Part shown: positions 55,901-64,000 of the stretch, piece after piece
How positions within the stretch are numbered: the stretch's first letter is position 1
How the letters are laid out: each line of letters opens with the position of its first letter
Assembly: GCF_009914755.1 (NCBI RefSeq)
Contig: NC_060945.1
Reading direction: 5' to 3' (one strand)
DNA length: 64,000 bases
DNA from: the human T2T-CHM13v2.0 reference genome, Homo sapiens
Notes under the pieces: generated by a model
Seen by the model: only the letters and a program-made list of their open reading frames with translations
What the model was told of the DNA's origin: nothing
Databases searched by the model: none
Made by a program: the position numbers and the translations under genes

Positions 55901-58900
55901 AATTTAGTGGAATGGAATGGAATGGAATGGAATGGAGTCAACACGAGTGGATTGGAACAGAATGGAATGGAAAGGAATGGAATGGAATGGAATGGAATCA
56001 ACCTGAATGGGATGGCATGGAATGGAATTGAATGGAATTGAATGGAATGGAATGGAATGGAATGGAATCAACCCAAGTGCAATGGAATGGAATAGAATGC
56101 AATGGAATCCACTCGAGTGGAATGGAATGGAATGGAATGGAGTCGAATGGAACGGAATGTAGTGGAATGGAGTAAACACCAGGGGAATGAAATGGATTGG
56201 AATGAAATGATATGGAATGGAATGGAATGGAATGAAATCAACCCGAATGGAATGGAACGGAATGGAATGGAATGGAATGGAAAGGAATGAATGGAACGGA
56301 ATGGTGTGGAATCAACACGAGAGGAATGGAATTGAATGGAATGGAATGGAACGGAATGGAAAGGAATGGAAAGGAATGAACCCGAATGGAATGGAATGGA
56401 ATGGAATGGAATGGAATGGAATGGAATGGAATGGAATGGAATGGAATCAACCCGAGCGGAAAGGAATGGATTGGAATGGAGTGGAATGGAATCTAATGTA
56501 ATGTAATGGAATGGAATGGAATCAACACAAATGGAATGGAACGGAATGGAATGGGATGGGATGGAATGGAATGGAATGGAATTTAATCAACACGAATGGA
56601 ATGGAACGGAATGAAATGGAACGGAATGGAATGGAAAGGAATGGCATGGAATGGAATGGAATGAAATGGAAACAAGCGGCATGGAATCAACACGACTGGA
56701 ATGGAATGGAATGTAATGCAATGGGATTGAGTGGAATCAACCAGTGTGGAATGGAATGGAATGGAATGGAATGGAATGGAATGAAATGGAATGGATCGGA
56801 ATGTAATCCAATGGAATCAACTGGAATGTAATCTAATGGAATGGAATCGAATGGAATGAAATGGAATGTATCGGAATGTAATCCAATGGAATCAACTGTA
56901 ATGTAATGTAATGTAATGGAATGGAATGGAATAAACCCGGGTGGAGTGGAATGGAATGTAATGGAGTGGAATGTAATGGAAGTTATTGGAATGGAATGGA
57001 ATGGAATGGAATAGACTGGATCAGAATGGAATCCAATGGAATCAACTGGAATGGAATGGAACGGAATGGAATGGAATAAATCCGGGTGGAGTAGAATGGA
57101 ATGTAATGGAGTGGAATGGAATGGAATTTAGTGGAATGGAATGGAATGGAATGGAATGGAATGGAATGGAATAAATCCGGGTGGAGTGGAATGGAATGTA
57201 ATGGAATGGAAAGGAATGGAATTTAGTGGAATGGAATGGAATGGAATTTAATGGAATGGAATGGAATCAATCCGAGGGCATGGAACGGAATGGAATGGAA
57301 AGGAATGTAACGTAATGGAATGGAATGGAATGGAATGGAATGGAATGGAATCAACCCGAATGGGATGGCATGGAATGGAATTGAATGGAATAGAATGGAA
57401 TGGAATGGAACGGAATGGAGTCAACCCAAGTGCAATGGAATGGAATGGAGTGCAATGGAAAAGAATGGAATGCAATGGAATCCACCCGAGTGGAATGGAA
57501 TGGAATGGAATGGAATGGAATGGAATGGAATGGAATGGAATGGAAAGGAATGGAGTGGAATGGAACGGAATGGAATATAATGGAATCAACACGAATGGAA
57601 TGGAACGGAATGGAATGGAATGGAATGGAATGGAATGGAATGGAATGAACCCGAATGGAATGTAATGGAATGGAATGGAATAGAATGGAATCAACGTGAG
57701 CGGAAAGGAATGGAATGGAATTGAGTGGAATGGAATGGAATGGAATGGAATGGAATGGAATCAACACGAATGGAATGGAACGGAATGGAATGGGATGGGA
57801 TGGAATGGAATGGAATGGAAGTTAATCAACACGAATGGAATGGAACGGAATGGAATGGAATGGAATGGAATGGAATGAAATGGAAAGGAAAAGAATGGAA
57901 TCAACACGAGTGGAATGGAATGGAACGGAATGTAATCAACCCGAGTGGAATGAAATGGAATGTAATTCAAAGGGATGGAGTGGAATCAACCCGAGTGGAA
58001 TGGAATGGAATGGAATGGAATGGAATGGAATGGAATCAAACCAAGTGCAATGGAATGGAATGGAATGCAATGGAATCCACCCGAGTGGAATGGAATGGAA
58101 TGGAACGGAATGGAATGGATTGGAATGGAATGGAATGGAATGGAATGGAATGGAATGAAATAAACCCGAGTGGAATGCAACGGAATGGAATGGAATGGAA
58201 AGTAATGAATGTAATGGAATGAGGTGGAATCAACATCAGAGGAATGGAATGGAACGGAATGGAACAGAATGGAATGGAAAGGAATGGAATGGAATGAACC
58301 CGAATGGAATGGAATGGAATGGAATGGAATAGAATGGAATCAACCCGAGCGGAAAGGAATGTAATGGAATGGAGTGGAATGTAATGTAATGTAAAGGAAT
58401 GGAATGAAATAGAATCAACACGAATGGAATGGAACGCAATGGAATGGGATGGGATGGAATGGAATGGAATGGAAGTTAATCAACACGAACGGAATGGAAC
58501 GGAATGGAATGGAATGGAGTGGAAAGGAACGGAATGGAGTGGAATGCAATAAACACCAGGGGAATGAAATGGATTAGAATGAAATGGAATGGAATGGAAT
58601 GGAATCAACCCGAATGGGATGGCATGGAACGGAATTGAATGGAACGGAATGGAATGGACTGTAATGGAAAGGAATGGAATGGAATCAAACCAAGTGCAAT
58701 GGAATGGAATGGAATGCAATGGAATCCACCCGAGTGGAATGGAATGGAATGGAATGGAATGGAATGGAATGGAATGGAATGGAATGGAAGGGAGTGGAAT
58801 GGAACGGAATGGAGTGGAATGCAATAAACACCAGGGGAATGAAATGGATAGGAAAGAAATGGAATTGGAATGGAATGGAATGGAATGAAATCAACCCGAG

Positions 58901-61900
58901 TGAAATGCAAAGGAATGGAATGGAATGGAAAGGAATGAATGTAATGGAATGAGGTGGAATCAACACGAGAGGAATGGAATGGAATGGAATGGAAAGGAAC
59001 GGAATGGAAAGGAATGGAATGGAATGATCCCGAATGGAATGGAATGGATTGGAATGGAATGGAATGGAATCAACCCGAGCGGAAAGGAATGGAAAGGAAT
59101 GGAATGGAATGGAATGGAATGGAATGGAATGGATTGGAATTGAATGGAATGGAATCAACCCGAGCGGAAAGGAATGGAATGGAATGGAACGGAATGAAAA
59201 GGATTGGAGCGGAATGGAATCCAATGGAATAAACTGGAATGGAATGGAATAGAATGGAATGAAACAAATCCGGGTGGAGTGGAATGGAATGTAATGGAGT
59301 GGAATGTAACGGAATTTAGTGGAATGGAATGGAATGGAATGGAATGGAATGGAATGAAATGGATTTGATCGGAATGCAATCCAATGGAATCAACTGGAAA
59401 GGAATGGAATGGAATGGAATGGAATAAATACGGGTGGAGTGGAATGGAATGTAATGGAGTGGAATGGAATGGAATTTAGTGGAATGGAATGGAATGGAAT
59501 GGAATGGAATGGAATGGAACGAAATGGATTGGATCGGAATATAATCCAATGGAATAAACTGGAATGGAATGGAATGGAATGGAATGGAATGAAATGCAGT
59601 GGATTGGAATGGAATCAAATGGAATCAACTGGAATGGAATGGAATGGAATGGAATGGAATAAATCCGGGTGGAGTGGAATGGAATGTAATGCAGTGGAAT
59701 GTAACGGAATTTAGTGGAATGGAATGGAAAGGAATGGAATGGAATGGAATGGAATGGAATGGAATGAAATGGATTCGATCGGAATGGAATCCAATGGAAT
59801 CAACTGGAATGGAATGGAATGCAATGGAATGGAATGGAATAAATCCGGGTGGAGTGGAATGGAATGTAACGGAGTGGAATGGAATGGAATTTAGTGGAAT
59901 GGAATGGAATGGAATGGATTGGAATGGAATTAACCCGAGTGGAATGGAACGGAATGGAATGGAAAGGAATGGAATGGAATGGAATGGAATGGAATGGAAT
60001 GGAATGGAATCAACCTGAATGGGATGGCATGGAATGGTATTGAATGCAATGGAATGGAATGGAATGGAATGGAATGGAATCAAACCAATTGCAATGGAAT
60101 GGAATGGAATGCAATGGAATCCACTCGATTGGAATGGAATGGAATGGAATGGAATGGAATGGAATGGAATGGAATGGAGTGGAATGGAATAAACACCAGA
60201 GGAATGAAATGGATTGGAATGAAATGGAATGGAATGGAATGGAATGAAATCAACCCGAGTGGAATGGAACGGAATGGAATGGAATGGAAAGGAATGAATG
60301 GAATGGAATTGTGGGGAATCAACACGAGAGTAATGGAATGGAATGGAACAGAATGGAAAGAATGGAATGGAATGAACCCGAATGGAATGGAATGGATTGG
60401 AATGGAATGGAATGGAATCAACCTGAGAGGAAAGGAATGGAATGGAATGGAGAGGAATGGAATGTAATGGAATGAAATGGAAAGGAATGGAATCAACACG
60501 AATGGAATGGAACGGAATGGAATGGGATGGGATGGAATGGAATGGAATGGAAGTTAATCAACACGAATGGAATGGAATGGAATGGAATGGAATGGAATGG
60601 AATGAAATGGAAAGGAACAGAATGGAATCAACACGAGTGGAATGGAATGGAACGGAATGGAATCAACCCGAGTGGAATGAAATGGAATGTAATGCAATGG
60701 GATGGAGTGGAATCAACCCGAGTGGAATGGAATCGAATGGAATGGAATGGAACGGAATGGAAAGAAATGGAATGTATCGGAATGGAATCCAATGGAATCA
60801 ACTGGAATGGAATGGAATGGAATGGAATGGAATGGAATGGAATGGAATAAATCCGGGTGGAGTGGAATGGAATGTAATGGAGTGCAATATTACGGAATTT
60901 AGTGGAATGGAATGGAATGGAATGGAATGGAATGGAATCGAATGGAATGAAATGGAATGGATCGGAATGGAATCCAAAGGAAACAACTGGAGTGGAATGG
61001 AATGGAATGGAATGGAATGGAATGGAATAAAACCGGGTGGAGTGGAATGGAATGTAATGGAGTGGAATGGAATGGAATTTAGTTTAATGGAATGGAATGG
61101 AATGGAATGGAATGGAATGGAATGGAATGAAATGGAATGGAATCAACCCGAATGGAATGGAACGGAATGGAATGGAAAGGAATGGAATGGAATGGAATGG
61201 AATGGAATAGAATGGAATGGAATGGAATTGAATGGAATGGAATGGAATCAACCAAATTGCAATGGAATGCAATGGAATGCAACGGAATCCACCCGAGTTG
61301 AATGGAATGGAATGGAATGGAATATAATGGAATGGAATGGAAAGGAATGGAATGGAACGGAATGGAATGGAATGGAGTGGAATGGAACTGAATGGAGTGG
61401 AATGGAATAAACACCAAGAGAATGAAATGGATTGGAATGAAATGGAATGGAATGGAATGGAATGGAATGAATTCAACCCGAGTGGAATGGAACGGAATGG
61501 AATGGAATGGAAACGAATGAATGGAAGGGAATGGTGTGGAATCAACACGAGAGGAATGGAATGGAATGGAATGGAAAGGAACGGAATGGAAAGGAATGGA
61601 ATGGAATGAACCCGAATGGAATGGAATGGATTGGAATGGAATGGAATGGAATCAACCCGAGCATAAAGGAATGGAACGGAAAGGAGTGGAATGGAATGGA
61701 TTGGAATGGAATGGAATCAACACGAATGGAATGGAGCGGAATGGACTGGGATGGGATGGAATCGAATGGAAAGGAATGGAATCAACACGAATGGAATGGA
61801 GCGGAATGGAATGGGATGGGATGGAATCGAATGGAATGGAATGGAATGGAATGGAATGGAATCAACATGAATGGAATGGAACGTAATGGAATGGAATGGA

Positions 61901-64000
61901 ATGGAAAGGAATGGAATGGAATGAACCCGAAGAGAATGGAATGGATTGGAATGGAATGGAATGGAATCAACCCGAGCGGAAAGGAATAGAATGGAATGGA
62001 GTGGAATGTAATGTAATGTAATGGAATGGAATGGAATGGAATGGAATCAACACGAATGGAATGGAACGGCATGGAATGGGATGGGATAGAATGGAATGGA
62101 ATGGAAGTTAATCAACACGAATGGAATGCAACAGAATGGAATGGAATGGAATGGAATGGAATGAACACGAATGGAATGGAATGGATTGGAATGGAATGGA
62201 ATGGAATCAACCCTAGTGGAAAGGAATGGAATGGAATGGAGTGGAATGTAATGTAATGTAATGGAATGGAATGGAATGGAATCAACACGAATGGAATGGA
62301 GCGGAATGGAATGGGATGGGATGGAATGGAATGGAATGGAATGGAATGGAATGGAATGGAATGGAATGGAATCAACATGAACGGAATGGAACGTAATGGA
62401 TTGGAACGGAACGGAATGGAATGGAATGGAATGGAATGGAATGGAATGAAATGGAAAGGAACGGAATGGAATCAACACGAGTGGAAAGGAATGGATAGGA
62501 ATGGAATCAACCCGAGTGGAATGAAATGGAATGTAATGCAATGGGATGGAGTGGAATCAACCCGAGTGGAATGTAATGGAATGGAATGGAATGGAACGAA
62601 ATGGAATGGATCGGAATGTAATCCAATGGAATCAACTGGAATGGAATGGAATGGAATGGAATGGAATGGAATGGAATAAATCCCGGTGGAGTGGAATGGG
62701 ATGTAAAGGAGTGGAATGTAATGGAATTTAGTGGAATGGAATGGAATGGAATGGAATGGAATGAAATGGATTGGATCGGATTGGAATCCAATGGAATCAA
62801 CTAGAATGGAATGGAATGGAATGGAATAAATCCGGGTGGAGTGGAATGGAATGGATTTTACTGGAATGGAATGGAATGGAATGGAATGGAATGGAATCAA
62901 CCCGAAAGGAATGGAACGGAAAGGAATGGAAAGGAATGGAATGGAATGGAATGGAATGGAAAGGAATGGAATGGAATGGAATGGAATCAACCCGAATGGG
63001 ATGGCATGGAATGGAACTGAATGGAATAGAATGGAATGGAATGGAATGGAATGGAATCAACCCAAGTGCAATGGAATGGAATGGAATGCAATGGAATCCA
63101 CCCGAGTGGAATGGAATGGAATGGAATGGAATGGAATGGAGTGGAATGGAACGGAATAGAATGGAATGCAAGAAACACCAGGGGAATAAAATGGATTGGA
63201 ATGAAATGGAATGGAATGGAATGGAATAGAATGAAATCCACCCAAGTGGAATGGAACGGAATGGAATGGAATTGAAAGGAATGAATGGTATGGAATGGTG
63301 TGGAATCAACACGAGAGGAATGGAATGGAATGGAATGCAACGGAACGGAATGGAAAGGAATGGAATGGAATGAACCCGAATGGAATGGAATGGATTGGAA
63401 TGGAATGGAATGGAATCAACCCGAGCGGAAAGGAATGGAATGGAATGGAGTGGAATGTAATGTAATTGAATGGAATGGAATGGAATGGAATGGAATCAAC
63501 ACAAATGGAATGGAACGGGATGGAATGGGATGGGATGGAATGATATGGAATGGAAGTTAATCAACACGAATGGAATGGAACGGAATGGAATGGAATGGAA
63601 AGGAATGGAATGGAATGGAATGGAATGGAACGGAATGGAATGGAATGAAATGGAATGGATCGGAATGGAATCCAATGGAATCAACTGGAATGGAATGGAA
63701 TGGAATGGAATGCAATTGAATGGAATAAATCTGGGTGCAGTGGAATGGAATGGAACGGAGTGGAATGTAATGGAATTTAGTGGAATGGAATGGAATGGAA
63801 TGGAATGGAATGGAATGGAATGAAATGGATTGGATCGGAAAGGAATCCAATGGAATCAACTGGAATGGAATGGCATGGAATGGAATGGAATGGAATGGAA
63901 TGGAATAAATCCGGGTGGAGTGGAATGGAATGTAATGGAGTGGAATGGAATGGAATTTAGTGGAATGGAATGGAATGGAAAGGAATGGAATGGAATGGAA
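55300..64000 (+). repeat. Diverged paralog of the central part of the 21.6-kb unit (corresponds to segments of ~8500-24600)
   Basis: Colinear variants of landmarks: CCAGTGGAGTCAACT (8898/55784), GGAATCTAATGTAAT (9606/~56488), GTAAAGGAATGGAATGAAATAGAAT (~10930/58391), GATCCCGAAT (20372/59026), GAGCATAAAGG (~61659), CCCTAGT (62211), GGATTTTACT (62853), GCAAGAAACACC (~17685/63168). More substitutions than between copies A and B. Confidence 0.8.

Larger units (their letters stand above)
1366..64000 (+). repeat. Human satellite 3 (HSat3/SatIII) (GGAAT)n array, CAACCCGAGT-containing type (probably HSat3B-like; subfamily not determined)
   Basis: Continuous GGAAT pentamers interrupted by CAACCCGAGT/CAACCCGAAT/CAACACGAAT decamers, the classical Sat III (ATTCC)n-ACTCGGGTTG signature. 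The purine-rich strand is + throughout. Confidence 0.97.

Noticed and set aside
1436-63859. Hundreds of ORFs encoding MEWNG (+) or IPFHS (-) repeats, up to 500 aa (34129-35631)
   Set aside because: (GGAAT)3 is 15 nt with no stop codon in any frame, so ORFs arise automatically and overlap in all six frames. Paralogous copies differ in ORF length through 5-bp indels (12531-13613 vs 34129-35631), which shows no reading-frame constraint.
1366-64000. AATAAA poly(A)-like and TATAAA TATA-like hexamers (e.g. ~3240, 7565, 24653)
   Set aside because: They are integral variants of the GGAATAAATCC/GGAATAAACACC repeat modules with no gene context.
1-64000. Assignment to a specific chromosome, species or HSat3 subfamily
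   Set aside because: Beta/HSat3 adjacency is typical of acrocentric short arms and some pericentromeres, but it cannot be resolved without a database search.

Overview
Non-coding primate (human-like) satellite DNA. Positions 1-~1365 are about 20 diverged 68-bp beta-satellite (Sau3A/BSR) monomers. They abut, with no spacer, a human satellite 3 (HSat3/SatIII) array of (GGAAT)n with CAACCCGAGT-type interruptions that runs on one strand to the window end. All ORFs in the track (MEWNG/IPFHS repeats) are translation artefacts of the pentamer. I found no protein gene, RNA gene, transposon or CRISPR array, and no evidence of a new coding system. The real signal is the layered repeat architecture: 5-bp unit; ~160-230-bp sub-unit; degenerate ~1.35-kb ancestral monomer marked by one 4-bp GAAT phase slip; ~6.15-kb older tandem duplication; and a very young, near-identical ~21.6-kb head-to-tail duplication (4212-25799 / 25800-~47447). 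A more diverged paralogous block at ~55300-64000 retains segments reciprocally lost from the 6.15-kb copies. All alignments were done by eye from landmark motifs, so boundaries are approximate unless stated.
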